Source: Sminthopsis crassicaudata
Taxonomy: Eukaryota
DNA length: 64,000 nucleotides
Assembly (NCBI RefSeq): GCF_048593235.1
Contig: NC_133617.1
Span: forward strand, 665,674,958-665,738,957
Reading direction: 5' to 3'
Of this stretch, positions 48,415-62,400 are shown in pieces. Made by a program: the position numbers and the translations under genes. Each line of letters opens with the position of its first letter. Positions within the stretch are counted from its first letter, which is position 1. The notes beneath the pieces are model-generated. The model was not told the DNA's origin and searched no databases. It worked only from the letters and a program-made list of their open reading frames with translations.

Positions 48415-48790
48415 ATGGAGAAGAAAAAGAAAAATACAGGATGGAAGAAAGGGGAAGAAGGAGGAGGGATGGAGAAAAAGAGACCAAAAGAGATAGAGAT
48501 AGGCATAGAGACAGAAAAGTAGAGAGACCCAGAGAGACAGAGAAAGAGACAGAAAAAAAGGAGAAAGGGAGAAAAAAGAATGGGAGAGAAGAGAGAGGAG
48601 AAAGAGAGAGAAAAACAGAAGAGAGAGTAGCAAAAGTACAGAGACAAAATTGGAGAATGAGGGAAAAAAGGTAGGAGACAGAGAAGGAGGGGAGATACAA
48701 AGGGTGGGAAAGAAATTCAGGAGATGAAGTCAGACAAAGAGACAGAAAGGAGGTAAGAAAGAGTGACAAACACCGAGACAGAGAGTCGGG
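48415..48790. repeat. Polypurine (GA-rich) low-complexity tract
   Basis: Direct inspection. Confidence 0.85.
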
Positions 48791-51610
48791 AAGAGCTGCA
48801 CTAATGCTAGGAAGATGAGGAAAGACTTCTGGTAAAAGGTGGCACCTGCACTGAACCCTGAAGGAAGCTGAGGGATCCTCAGGGATGGGTGGAGGTAAGT
48901 AGGGAACACATTCCAAAGACAGGAGATAGAATGCCAAGTTCAGGGGAAAGTTAGTGGCTAGTTCAGCTGGAATGTAGCATACCAGGAGGGGAATGCTGGG
49001 AAATCCATGGAGAAGGCAGGCTGTAAAGGGTCTGAGGAGTTTGAATTTTCTCTTGGAGACCAGAGGAAACTGCTGAAGGTCCTTCAGCAGGACAGTGACA
49101 TGGTCAGGTTTGTGCTTTTAAGGAGTTATTTTGCCAACCTGGTGAAGAAAAACTGGATTAGGAAGGAGAAAGGGGAATTAGGAGACTCCTAAAATAGTCC
49201 AAATAAGAGGGAACAAAGGTCCAGTCTAAAGTGTCATTCACATGATTGGAGAGTAGGGGATGAATGCCAGAAATGCTGTGAAGGTCAAATAGACAAGAGT
49301 TAGCCACCATTTTGCTTTGTGGGAAAAGGTCAGGAGAGGTATAGAGGAGAGGCAAGAGGCAAGGATGACTATTGGATTGAGAATCCATGTAACTGGGAGA
49401 TGATAACTAGAGAAGCTTAGAAAAGAGAGCTAAGAAAAGGCCATTGAATTAACAGTTAAGAAATAGTTGGTAATCTTAGAGTCAGGATGTATAGTTGGAA
49501 GCCAGAATATAAGAGGTGACTAGAAGGAAAAAACATGGAGTCAATAAGCATAAACAACTTTTTCTAAAAGTTTAGCTGTGGAAAGAAGGGAAGATCTAGA
49601 ATTATAGGGTAAAATTAAGGTTTTTAAAAGAATGAAGAGATCTAAGCAGATTTGTAAGCAACAATTAAGGAGCACATTGCTATGTCCACTTCTTTTTTCT
49701 ATTTGTTTAATCTTTCCCATGTTTTTTCCCTTTTGTTCTGATTTTTCTCTCCCAATATAATTCATAAAGCAATGGGTATTAAAAATAAAATTGCTACAAA
49801 ACAAAAACAATTAAGAAGCCACTAGATATGGAAAGACTGAAGATGAAAACTATCCAAGTTCCGAAAGGGTCATAAGCTTCTAGATTTAGAACTAAAAGAC
49901 ACCTTAGAACTCATCAATGCAGCCCTCCCATTTCACAGACAAAGAAAGTAAGTGATTTTTTCTGATCTTAGATGGATCCAACCCAGGTTCTCTGACTGTG
50001 ATGACCATGTTAGCACCCTGGACACCCCAGAATCAGCTGGAGTCAGGATAAGCAAAAGTCTTTACTCTTGGTCTTCAGAGGTAGAAGTCAAGGGGATGAA
50101 AGCAGAATCTCTGCCACCTCACCTCTTCATCTCCCACCCAGAGTTGAGTCTGGCTAGTCTCAACTGCACCTCCTAGTCCCTCCCACAATTCTCTGTATAC
50201 ACCAAATGATTGGGCCAGCACAGGATAGTGGGAAGGGCCATTTCCCAAGCTTATTCTTATAGAGTATTATCCAATTAGTAATTAGCCTCAAGTGTTCAAT
50301 TGTCCAGCCTCAAGTGCTCAATTGTCTGACCTCAGTGCATCAACTCAGTTTCAGCCCTTTACATCTGACTCTACAATTTTTCCCACTTATTAAGTGTTAC
50401 CTCACAGGAGATGAAATGGAAAAGAATGAAGGGCACAAGTGGAGAGGTTGGTTTTGACATGGACAAAGCTCACCTCTTTGTTAAGAGACTGGAGTAAAAT
50501 GTGAGAGAATAGCATATGATGTAGACAGGTTCTGAGGTTTAGAGTAGGGAAAAAGAAGGAATTCCTAATAGCCTCAGTTTGCTCAACAGAAGAAAATAAG
50601 ACAAAAGCCCATGCTTAGAAAAAGGGAGAGGAGATAGTGTTGGGAACTTGATGGAAAAAGAAAGCTTAAAATGTTACTGGAGGAAACCTGACAAAGAGCC
50701 AATTAGGAGAAAATGAAAGCATCTGGTTAGTAATAAAGATGCAGTTGATATTAGTTAACATAAATTCATAGTGGATCCAATACATACACTTAAGTGGCTT
50801 CCTTCAATGGCATTTGGCAGCTCAGGACTTGAATCAGAAGGCAGATGGTAGGAATAACCAGACACGAGTGGAACAACTGTATAAAAAACAGAGAATATGG
50901 TATAATTGAACTGGTTAACTAACCATTAGATCAAGAAAGTGAGACCAGTGGGAAAACTATAGATTGTGACAAAAATGAAGAAGAGGCTTTAAGTGAAAAA
51001 GATAGAGAAAGAAATGAAAGACCAAGAAACTATGATCAGAAAAAGTTCAGGATTCTGAATCACAGGATTTATGAGTGACTTATGAGTTGATCATGTTATG
51101 ATGTGAGCGACAGAAATAAAGTGAAGGTGAAGATCATGAGATATTTAGAAAGTGGATATACGGGGAATTCAGGGCTTTTGAATGGACATGAATATGGATA
51201 TTTAGGTAGAGATGAACACTGAGTTGAGTACTGAATTCCCTGAGATAGAAAGAATAAACTAGGGACCAGTAGACATCATTAGGATCTGGATTGGTTGGCA
51301 GAGACAAATGGAGAGGAAATATCAAAGAACTAAGTTACTCATGATGCAATGATAAAACAGATACAGTATTTTTTGGAGAAAGCTAGCTTTGATGAATGCA
51401 AGGTGGAAACAATGTGATAAAAAGTCTAATGGAGAGAAGTCTTTCAACTTTAGAGGTGTGGTTTCACAGGGCACAAAGCAAAGGGAGGTCAGGGCTGGAA
51501 AGACAATCAGAAGGAGTAAGGCTAAGGTGAATGGCGATGAGAGAGTAGGGAGTGGTAGCGGAAAAGGGGTTTTCACCTTGGCAGACATGACTGTGAATCA
51601 CAGGAATTAG
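48790..51610 (-). mobile_element. Fragmented ancient L2 LINE (3' part to endonuclease region), interrupted by younger insertions
   Basis: Purine-rich plus strand typical of reverse L2; the minus strand at 51050-51300 resembles a decayed AP-endonuclease region; interrupted by an L1 tail (~49680-49810), a MIR and the solo LTR. Confidence 0.5.
49997..50363 (-). mobile_element. Solo LTR, same family as the 43148-47269 provirus
   Basis: TG...CA termini; 6-bp TSD TCTGAC at 49991-49996 and 50364-50369; AGTAAA poly-A variant on -; small internal duplication of 'ctcaagtg.tcaattgtc'. Confidence 0.95.
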
Positions 51611-53269
51611 GGTAGAGGAAGGTTGGAGTTTGTTGGCCATAGGATGAGAAGATAATCCTGGGGTTCCTAAAATTGGTGTCTAAAAGTATAAGGGACTTCC
51701 TTGAAAGGTGGTAGACTACCCCTCCTTGCAAGTCAAGTAAAGACTGAATATCCTCTTCTTGGGTATGAAATATTTGTGATTCCTTTTCTGTATGGGTTGG
51801 ATTAGATGGCTACTGGGGTCTCTTTCAGCTCACAGATTCTGGGATTCTGAGATTCCCACATGAAGAAGATAAAGGACTAGTGTGTTCTCTCCCAAACATC
51901 AGGGAAGAAAGGAGAGAAGATTGGTTGCAAGAGGGACTGGGTAATCAGATCCCTCCAAACCCAACTGAATTCACACTCAAAATTAGCTTCTTTTCCTTAT
52001 TCCAAATTGGCAGAGGTAGGAAATGATAAATAGCCAAGAAACATCCTTCCTGTGAATCATATACTTAGTTCCTGACAGGCTTAATGTCTTTCTCTGAAAA
52101 AATGTGGGTATTCAACCCCAGGATTGCCTTTTCTCTAAGTTACTAATGACCATCCTAGCAAATCAGTCAAAATCATTCAGGGGCATATGGACTCTTTATT
52201 CATTAGATTTGGTCCATCATTTTCCAAAATAGCAATAAACAAAAAGAATTAAACTCCCAGTTTGTTCCATTGCTGTATTTTGCCCTGCTTCCCCCTCCCT
52301 ACCACTTATTCTGTACTGTTTATTTGCTTATTGTTTCTATGCTTAGAAAGAGTAATTGGATGCTATATCCAAACATGTTTGCCTGCTACATGATAAAGCA
52401 ACTACTTTCTGCCAGTGGCACAAGGCTAGGGCTCAATGAAATAAAACAAGTTCAAGTAGATGGAGGTTCATAATTAAGTTCTAATTAGGTAAATCCCACA
52501 ATCTCACACATCTCTTGTCAATGTATCTTCACTTTATATGAAATACTGCAGTAGCACAATATTTTGGAGAATCTTAAATGTCACATTAAGAAACTCAAAC
52601 TGACCTGTTGAGATCTTTTAAGATCCCCATCTTGCTGTCCAATAAGTGATCTCCATCTTCCATTTTTATGTCATATGAAAAATTTTGTTCCATTTATATT
52701 GATATTTTAATTGTTTTTTGTTGATGTTTTCCATCATAATCACTTTTCACTAGCTCCACTCTAGCCTCAGCCTTCCATTGGAGTCTACCTTGTAACATGG
52801 AAGAACAGTTAAATGAAACCAATTTTAAAAGCAACCAAATGTATCAGTTTATGAAACAATTCCTGGACAGCTTAGGTAGGATAGTAGATAGAGTGCTGGG
52901 GCTGAAATCAGGAAGACTCATCTTACTGAGTTAAAATCTGGCCCTAGACACTATTTGTGTGATCCTGAGCAAGTCACTTCACGCTGTTTGTCTCAGATTC
53001 CTCATCCATAACATGAGTTGGAGAATGAAATGACAAACCATTCTAGGATCTTTGTCAAGAAAGCCCCAAATGGGGTCACAAAAAGTCAGATGTGGCTATA
53101 AAATAACAAAACAACAAAAACATTAGTGTTGTTCCCCTTCTTCTCTCATAGTTCCCCTCTTCTCTACTGAGAGAAGGAATGTGTTCTTCCTCCAGAACCA
53201 AAACTGTGATTTGAAATTAATTGTCATCTGTAAACTTGATACAAATGTTTATCTTTGACTTCATCCAAA

Positions 53270-53560
53270 TAATTGATTTTTTAAAAAATGTTGGACAGGA
53301 AAGAACTCTGGGAAACTCCTTCAGAGATCTTCTCCTGGTTGATATAACTTTATTAATCAGTCTTCTTTGGAACCCATTTACTTAAATTCTCCTAAATAAA
53401 ACTAACTATTCTCATTTGGTTCACATCTTTTTATCTTGTGCACAAGAATGGCATGAATGATTTTTGTCAAAAGATTTGCTGAAATCCAAATATAATATGT
53501 CTCTAATATGTCCCAAACCACCTGGCTTACTTATCCAATAAGAAGAGAAAAGATGAGCAA
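53270..53560 (-). mobile_element. CR1/L3 RT fragment
   Basis: 'tttgtcaaaagatttgctgaaatccaaatata' resembles the reverse complement of the CR1 RT 'YLDFSKAFDK' region. Confidence 0.5.
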
Positions 53561-53818
53561 AAGTATGAATACATACACTAGAAACAAAGCTCCAGCAAAC
53601 ATTTATTAGGTGCCTACTGTGTTTCTGATCCTGTGCTTACTTTCAGCACCAAATGTCGATACTTGAAAGTTTATGGAATTGATTGTAGTACACCCAGACA
53701 TATATATCACAAGTCTGACCACATCTTCTCTAACATTCAAAGCCCTTTCAACTGACCCCAATCTATCTTTTTCCATTTTATATATATTCTTCCCTTTCTT
53801 GCACTCTATGGTCTAGCC

Positions 53819-54009
53819 CAGTGGTCCTCAAACTTTTTAAATAGGGGGCCAGTTCACTGTCCCTCAGACTGTTTGAGGACCGGACTATAGTAAAAACAAA
53901 ACCTAACACTCTGTCTCCACCCCTCACCTATTTACCATAACCAGGCCAGCGGCATAAATGTCCTCAGTAGGCCGCATCTGGCCAGTGGGCCGTAGTTTGA
54001 GAACCCCTC
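53819..54009. mobile_element. hAT MITE, OposCharlie1 (OC1)-like
   Basis: TIRs cagtggtcctcaaact and agtttgagaacccct(c); flanks gtctagcc (53811-53818) and (c)tctagcc (54009-54016) form a near-perfect 8-bp TSD with central TA; ~190 bp. Confidence 0.75.
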
Positions 54010-55089
54010 TCTAGCCAAATTGACCTTGGCATTCCTTATATGTGATCCTCCAACTCCAATCTCCAGTCTCTAAGTGTTTGCATTGGCTGTCCCTCTGTGC
54101 AGGTAATATACTCCTTCCAGGTGTCTTTTAAGACTCAGCTCAAGTCACATGCTCTGTATAAGACCTTTCCTGTTCTTCCTCCCCTTCAAACAGTGGTGTG
54201 CTGGCAAATATACCACAATATATACAGGCCATATTGTATTTTTAAGTTTAATCTCTAACACTAGTTTTTTGCTGTTGTTATTCAATCATTGTGTGAATGA
54301 TTCCATTTCTTGGCAAAGATACTCAAGTGATTAGCCATTTCCTTCTCCAGCTCATTTTACAGATGAGGAAACTGAGGCAAACAGGGTGAAGTGACTTGCC
54401 TAGGTTTATACAATTAATAAGTGTCTGAGAGTGACTTTAAATTCATAAAAATGAATCTTCCTAGTTCCAAGCCCAGTGTTCTATCTACTGCACTACCTAG
54501 CTTCCTACTTACGTCCAGGCCACCAAAAACTCCAATTGCTGATTTTCTAGATTAAAATACTTATGTTCTCACCAGCACACACCCTCCTGAGGACTGCAAG
54601 ATGACTTTCTGTTTTGTATGTGTTTGGACTGTATCTACACATGTACATGTTATCTCCCCTATTAGAATGATACTCTTTTAGCACAGGGGTTACTTTGCTT
54701 TCGTCTTTGTATCTCCAGCATCTAAGAGATGCCATCAACACAGAAGAGAACTAATAGCTGTTCATTAACTAACTGATGTTACTCCCCTGCTCAATAAATT
54801 TTGGTGGCTCCCTATTACTTCTAAGATACAAACTTCTATTTGGCATTTGAAACTTCTCCTCATGTGGCTACAGCATACCTTTCCCAGCTTATTTGTTGCC
54901 ACTTTTCTTACATTCTATTGGCCAGTCAAACCACCTCTTGCTGTTTTTCACTCAGGACCTCACACCTCCAGTCTTCTTGTGTCTGTTTGTTTGTTCCTTA
55001 GGAGGCCTCTTAAGCCTGTGATGCCTTCTCAAAGGTACTGTGTAAATGTTTAATGACTGACTCTCCTGAAGTACTTTTAAGTTTAATCT

Positions 55090-55410
55090 GCATCACTTTC
55101 TTTTTTTTTATTACAGCTTTTTATTTACAAAACATATGCATGGGTAATTTTTTTCATCACTGACCCTTGAAAAACCTTCTGCTCCAAATTTTCCCCTCCT
55201 TCCCCTCACCCCTTCCCCTAGATGGCAGGTAGTCCCATACATGTTAAGTATGTTAAAATTTATGTCAAATACAATATATGTATACACATTCATACAGTTA
55301 ACTTGCTGCACAGAAAGATTGGATTTAGAAAGAAGGCAAAAATAATCTGAGAAGAAAAAACAAAAATGCAAGCAAACAATAAGAAAGAGTGGAAATGTTA
55401 TGTTGTTTCA
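55090..55410 (-). mobile_element. L1 3' end fragment
   Basis: T-run, then 'acatatgcatgggtaatt...cccttcccctagatggcaggtagtccc', the reverse complement of the L1 tail at 44300-44460. Confidence 0.8.
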
Positions 55411-58212
55411 CTGAAATTTTAAGGATCTTCTAGCATAGGTCTGTGGTGCATTCCTTCTTAGACTACTTAGTTTCCTTCAAAAGTCAGTTTGAACATCATC
55501 TCCTACCAGAGGAGGTATTTCCCCACCTATTAAAGCCTACTCTTCCAAATTAACTTTTTTTTTTCATCTCTTGTGACATCTCTCCACACAGAATGTAAGT
55601 TTCTGAAGGACAGAGTCTATTTAATTTTTTTTTTATTCCCAAGATCCAGCATAGCTCCTGGTACACAGTGGATGCCTACTAATAACTTGCTTATTTTTTA
55701 ACTTCACATAGTGACACCTTCACATTCCCACAGGAGGTAAAGGTTGAAGGGCCCAGATGTGTTTAATAAGTCCTAGGGGATAGGTTTGGGATGTGGAGAT
55801 AGAGGTATTGAAGTGATTGCTTCAGCTAAGAGGACTGAAGAAATCATTTGAGAAAAATCTCTCCCAAGGATAGAACCTTCTTAGTCTTATTAGGGATGAA
55901 ACCTTGGGCTTTATCAGAAGGACACTAGGTCCAAGGGTGACAATGAACACCAGAAGGCAAGAGGGTGTGAGGGAGGGATGGAAAAGAAGGGAATGAGGGG
56001 GAGAAGTCACATCAGGAGAATAACATCAAAGCAGACCAAAGGGCTCAGATGGGCAGTAATTGCCAGATCAGTAGCCTAATCATAGGCTAGGGCCACCTCC
56101 CCAGGCACGTATACCTGATCTGAAGTGGGATATCTAGGAATTCAGCTTCCTGCCTTCCCCTACCCCAAGCTCCATGCATAATCTGGATGGACAACTAGAC
56201 AGGTCCTCCCAGAATATGGAAGGTTAAAGGGAGCCTCCCATATAATGACAGATACGAGGTTTCCCACCTACCTCCAGGAATCCTACCCTCCAAAGAAAAA
56301 ACAGCATTTCTCCAAGGGAATGACTTCAAACCACAGTAGTATTAAAAACAAGCACAAGTAATAGATTATTATTGCCATTAACCATAAAAATAATGCAAAG
56401 ACCCTTGATTTCTTCATTTGTAATAATAATAGCCCCTATTTCTCTAGCACTTTAAAGTTTAGCACTCTCCTTCCAACAGCCCTGTGAGGTAGGGAAAGCA
56501 AGGATTCAGTTAAGTCAAGAGATTTGTCACCAAGTCTTCTTTATGTGGGCCTATGCTCCTTCCCTTGTCCCGTGTTACAAACTGTGTCATTAAGCATCCA
56601 TGCTTATTTGGAGAGTGCTCAGACACTGGTGGGGAGGACATCTTGGAGGACGTAGTTATGAAAGGCTATGCCTTGAAGCAGGGAAGACTGCATGGCAATG
56701 GGCAAGGTTTGGAATCAGAGTTTGGGGCTTGGATGCCTCAGATGAGCCTCAGAGCCTCTCCCACCCACAACACACCTTGGCTGAAGGCCCCAGGGGCTGC
56801 AGACAAGACACCTCCCTTTCAAGTCCCTGCTATGTCAGCTGTGCATCGAGACTCCAGCTGTGTTTGTTGTGGTTACGGATCTCTTGCGATAAACAGGGCC
56901 AGCCTGCTGTGGGCCAATGGTGGGGAAGTTGGCTCCCCACAGGACTTGGGGACTGACTCCACAGGAGACCAATCCCTCCCCCCCTGAGGTCCAAGTAGGG
57001 GTCAGTTTGACAGCACCCAAATTTAGGGCTTAACATTTCAATGGTGAAATGGAACTGACCATCTCTTACGTCTCCCGTGGACACAGGCTACTCTTTCCCC
57101 CATTTCCTCGTAGACACAAATTGTTCTTTTTAATCTTCCAAAGGACATAGAACATTCCTCATGCCTCATTTCTCCAGTAGAAACAATCTCCTTTCCTAAT
57201 TCTTATCATGGACACAGACCATTTCCCCCTCCCGCTCCTTCAGTTCTCCAGTGGACACTTTCCTCTTTTTCACACTAAAGTGACATCCAAGAAAACCTAG
57301 TTTCTGTTTTTTCTCACTTCAAATATTCTGCTTATACCTGCTAAAGGAAGTTCATCCATGAAACTGCCCAAACTGGAAATGCTTCTGATCCAGAGCCACT
57401 TCCTCCCTACTCTTTACCCCTGTCAGATGATGACCCAGCCCCTTAAACTCTGCTTGTAGAAAGCAGATTATACTGAACTGAGCCATATACCCTCTCTCAT
57501 CCCATACTTCTGGTGACCCACTGCATACTTCTGAGATAGCTGATTAAGTCAGGGCTGAGCCTATTGACCAAAGTCAGGCTCGAATTTGACCAAGATTATA
57601 GTCCAGTCTTTAATCAGAGAGAAAACTCAGTCTGTGTCCAAGGTTAGGGTTTAATTCAAATCTTGTATTAGGGCTCTGTCTACAAAATCCTTCCGAAACC
57701 TAATCAGGAATCACACTCATGACCTTGGCTTCAGGAGCCCCTCTTTTCAGCCATTTACTAATTGGTGGCCCTGAATTATCAATGACATCATCACCTTCAC
57801 TATCATTCTGATCATTGCTCAATAAATACTTGTTGAATGATTAAATAAATGAATCACCACTGATTGTCATCAATCACCAGCCTCAATCAATCCGTTGCAG
57901 GCTGTGTATCACATGGTACCTTCCCTTGAGGAGCTGCCCATTCAAGACAGGCATGGACAGACTGATGACTCACAAACCCCAGATGGAGGAGCTTCAGGAG
58001 TTCTATGTTTGGGCAGGGTGAAGATGGGAGTAATTGTCCAAGAATCTCAATCTGGGTAAGTCCCTGGAGTAGTGAAAAATCCTTTTCCAAGACAAACTGA
58101 CACAACCTTTTCATAGATTTAGAAAATCAGAGCTAGTCTCATTTTTCCCATTTCCTCTTTCATCTTTTCATGAATATAACCATAATCCATCATAGTAACT
58201 TATAAGGAAGAA

Positions 58213-58343
58213 NNNNNNNNNNNNNNNNNNNNNNNNNNNNNNNNNNNNNNNNNNNNNNNNNNNNNNNNNNNNNNNNNNNNNNNNNNNNNNNNNNNNNNNN
58301 NNNNNNNNNNNNNNNNNNNNNNNNNNNNNNNNNNNNNNNNNNN
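58213..58343. other. Assembly gap (131 N)
   Basis: Run of N. Confidence 1.
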
Positions 58344-59049
58344 TACATACATAAAAGATACATAATACACATAATAGGTACTTAATAAATGTTTATTGAA
58401 GGAATAAACTGAGGAACAGGGTAGAGAAGCAACTTGACTAGTATGATTTTAAATTGGTTCTTACATCCAGATTTCCTGGACTCCTAGCCCATTGCTCTTC
58501 CCACCCCACTACTGTTTATTCTTTTTTGCATTTATTCAGTGTCAGGACCTGATTACAGAGATGAGCAATGATACCCACCAAAAGGGGAAAAGTGAATGAA
58601 GGGATATAAGTCAATAGCTCTCTGAGAGCTTGGAATTTGACCCAGGTGCCCTATGGTGTTGAGTGGAGCCCATAGGAAACCAGGTGAGGGTAAGATTGTC
58701 AGTGCCTAATTCTGGTCAACAGAACAGTATCAGGTAAGTGGTCAACAGCTCCCCTGGTGGTTTTATTGATTATTTCACATCAAGCAAGTCCATTCCAGCT
58801 CACAGTTTTTTCATCTGAAAAATGAAGAGGTTAGACCAGATGGCCTATAAGGTTTCTTCTAACACAAAATCTATGATTGATCCCATAACAGAGACCTGCT
58901 CTCAAAGAGATTACAATGCAATAGGAAAGGGAGAACAAAAACACAAATAATTATATATAAGGAAGACTAAAATTCACATAAAGAATAGTTCTAGGCAAAA
59001 TGTTATGAGAAATTTAAGGAGAAAAGAAGTGTTTATAAAATCAGACAAA

Positions 59050-59460
59050 GGTTTCCTCATCTCCCATACATACAACTCCTTTGTGAGTCAGCTCCTGTTC
59101 CAAATGTCCCTTTTCCTGATGTAGACACCACTTTCATTTCAATCATGTTGGCTCTAAATCTTAGAGCCATTTTTTAATCTTCTTTTTCCCTCAGTTTCCA
59201 AATATTGGATCAGTTGCCAAGTTCTCTGATTCCAACTCTGCAATCTCTCTCACATCTGTCTCCTCCTCTCCACTCCCATAGCCACCACCCTATGCCAAGC
59301 CCTCATCACCTTTCACTTGAACTATTTCAATAACCTCCCCCAATGGTCTATCTTCCCCTAACTTCTCTTCTGTCCTACATACTCAATAAGAATCATTTTC
59401 TAAAAAGATAGTCATGATTATGTCTCTCTTCTGCCCAAGACTCTTAAATAATTCCCTTTG
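59050..59460 (+). mobile_element. L2 LINE 3' fragment
   Basis: 'atcagttgccaagttctctgattcc...gccaccaccctatgccaagccctcatcacctttcacttgaactatttcaataacctcc' is typical L2 3' sequence. Confidence 0.65.
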
Positions 59461-62400
59461 CCCACAAAATCATATCTAAACTCTAGATTTGTGTCTCTGA
59501 ACAAATTACTTTCTTCTCTCAGTTTCTTCCTCTATAAAGTGAAAGGGTTAGAGAGTTTGGATGGGAGAGGGAATTAAGAGCTGGCCTCTTGGTTGGAAAG
59601 GCATGAATTTGAATCCTTCCTCAAATATGGTCCTAACTTCCCAGCACTCTAGGAAAGTCTTTAAGGTACAAGTTGCCAGACAGGAGCTGATCTTCTTTGG
59701 AAGACTGAATTATACACCATGAAATCACAGGTCTGCTGGAAAAACAAAATTTAAATTAAATGAAAGACTGACTAAATGATCCCCAAGGTCCTTCCCAATT
59801 ATGAGATTCTAAAGGTATTTAGCCTGGAATTACAATCTGACTTGTCCTACTTTTCCAGTCTTCTCTACCCCTTTAGGAATTCTACACTCCCATTTTCCCT
59901 CTTCTCGGGTTCATTATGGTTCCCACACTTTTGCTTATACAATGCTCTACCTAACTAATTCTGCTCAAGGTTCAGCTGAGGCTCTCCTTCCTTCAGGAAG
60001 CCTTCCATGATCATTTTATCTAGTTATTTCCCACTCTCTGAATTTATGAATGCTTACTGATTAATTGCTTGAGAAGAAGTATAGTACAAAGAATGATGAA
60101 CTCCAATGGATAATTGGTCCCATCCATCATCATCACTCTCCCCTCTGCATCTTCTACATCAGCCAGTAATTCCAGAACATGGTAAAACTGATCAACCTGC
60201 ACTTGCCTCATTGAGCTTGAGACAAGACTACAAGGCCCCAGCCATTACTTCTGCTTTGAGTCTCTTCCCTAGGCAATAAACAGCACTTCAAAGATGGATG
60301 CTTCCACGTTAGCCCATACAAAGCTCTGCCCACTTTAAGAGATGAGCCAGGAATAGTACATGTCCTCCTCAAGTAAGTACATCCCAGAGTACAAGCCCTC
60401 AAGGCTCTAGGAATAGCCCTGAGGAACCTAGAGGGGAAAAGGGGGAGTCACAATCTCATCATTGATACCTATCATTGGGAAGAGTAAAAAGACAAAGCAT
60501 TTGCTACAAACATTCACCCCACAAAATTCTAAATGTTGTAGAGTCAGTAGAGAAATCTGCTCCCTTAATTATAGGTACAGTATATTAGATACAGATCATT
60601 TCTCTTCAAAGATGGGCCCAAGTCAGAAATAAAGCAGACTAAAGCTCAAAAGTTTGACAGAATGGAACAGGAAGTAAGTGATTCCTGTGATACTGGTCTG
60701 AGTTGGAAAGGAGGGAGAAAAGAAGAAAAAAAGGAAGGAGGAAAGGAAGGAAGGAAATACAATTCAATAAACATTTATTAAGCACCCACTATGTGCCAGG
60801 CACTACTATGTGCAAAGCACTAGGGATACAAAAGAACCAAAAGACAGTCCTTGTCCTCAAGAAGCTTATAATCTAATGGACTTTTATGAAATAACGCAAA
60901 ACTGAAGGCATGCTACCCAGAACTAAAAGAATCAAATTAACAATAAGGTATACTAAAGAAAAAGTGAATGAGAATGAATGGATAAAATATAAGTCTTTTT
61001 ATTTAAAAAAAAATGATATTGTTTGTGTTTACATCATCCACATTTCCCAATAAGCCCTTCTCCCTCCTAAAGAACTGTCATCCTTAATAACAAAGAATGT
61101 TTAAAGAAGGGGGGGAGGAAAGGGATTCATCAAACTCCACCAAATATCCACCAAGTCCAACATTTTATGTTATTTTCCACATCTATCATGCTCTACTTCT
61201 GCAAAGTGAGGGGTAAGGGGGTCACATCTCTTCTTTAGGGACTAATTTTCATCATGGCAGTTTCCCCGCATTTTGTGTTTATTTTGCTGTTGTCTTTCCA
61301 AACAAAGAATTCTAATGAGGATTTAGAGGGAGTGACTAAAAGATTATTATAATATTTTATATGTTGAAATTAATTTAAATGTAAATAGTTACTAAGCAAG
61401 TTTGGTTGGTTGTACTGATGTTCAATGTTAAACTTTTTTCTTTTCTTTTTTGATTCATGGAACAAAATAAGCATTTCTATAACATAGTACAATAAAAAGA
61501 TGATTGCACATGAAACTACGAATCTAGTAGTACAATACAACTTACAGGAATGTTATAGCCAAGTTTTAAACCTCTCTGGTTAAGAAGAAATAATGCTGAA
61601 CTTTTAATAGGAGTTGTTTATTTATTTTAAGAGTATTGACTTAGGATTCAGGGAATCTGGATTCCAGTGCTGGCTCTGCCCAATATTAGCTATGTGATCT
61701 TGGGTAACTCAATGAACTTCTCTGATGTTTTTTCCCTTCATCTGCACATAATAACATTGGTCTTATCTATCTCACCCAGTGACTGTAGGGATGCCATGAG
61801 GAAGTAGATGGAAAACAATGGGTTTCCTGCAATACTTACTGTCCTGGCCAGTGTTTTGCAACTAACAGTGAAAAAAGTTATTACCATCCACAAAACTCTA
61901 ATGACTAAAGGCTTGAGTCACCTTGGACAAGTCCCTACCCCAATTTGGGCCACAACTTCCTCCTCTGTAAAAGGAAAAGCAGAGACCAGATGATTTTCTA
62001 AGGTCCCCTCTTGTTACAATCTTGTTCATTTAAATCAATGAATATTTGTTAAGTGTTTACTGTGTATAAAGCTCTGTTACAGTGCCATATGAAGAAGAAC
62101 TTGCTCCCTAATAGTGGAGATGTTAAGGTCTATTAATAACTCTTATGAAAAGAAATTAAGTAAAATAAGCAAGAGTCAAAATTCAGGTGGGAATTTTGAG
62201 AAGGAATGGATCTTGGCAAGGAGAGGGTAGGAGAAATTAGGTAAGCACATGGCAGTGGAAAAGGTGTTGCCTGAATTGGTCTTGGAAGGAATGAAGTTAT
62301 TGCAATAGATAGAGATGGAATGGGTTCATAGAACATAAATATAAACTGGAAATGACCTTAGAAATCATCTAGCCTAGCTCCCTCATAAATGACGAAATTA

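Noticed and set aside
56553-56987. 144-aa ORF as a protein-coding gene
   Set aside because: No recognisable family, no clear splice or Kozak support; kept only as a low-interest block.
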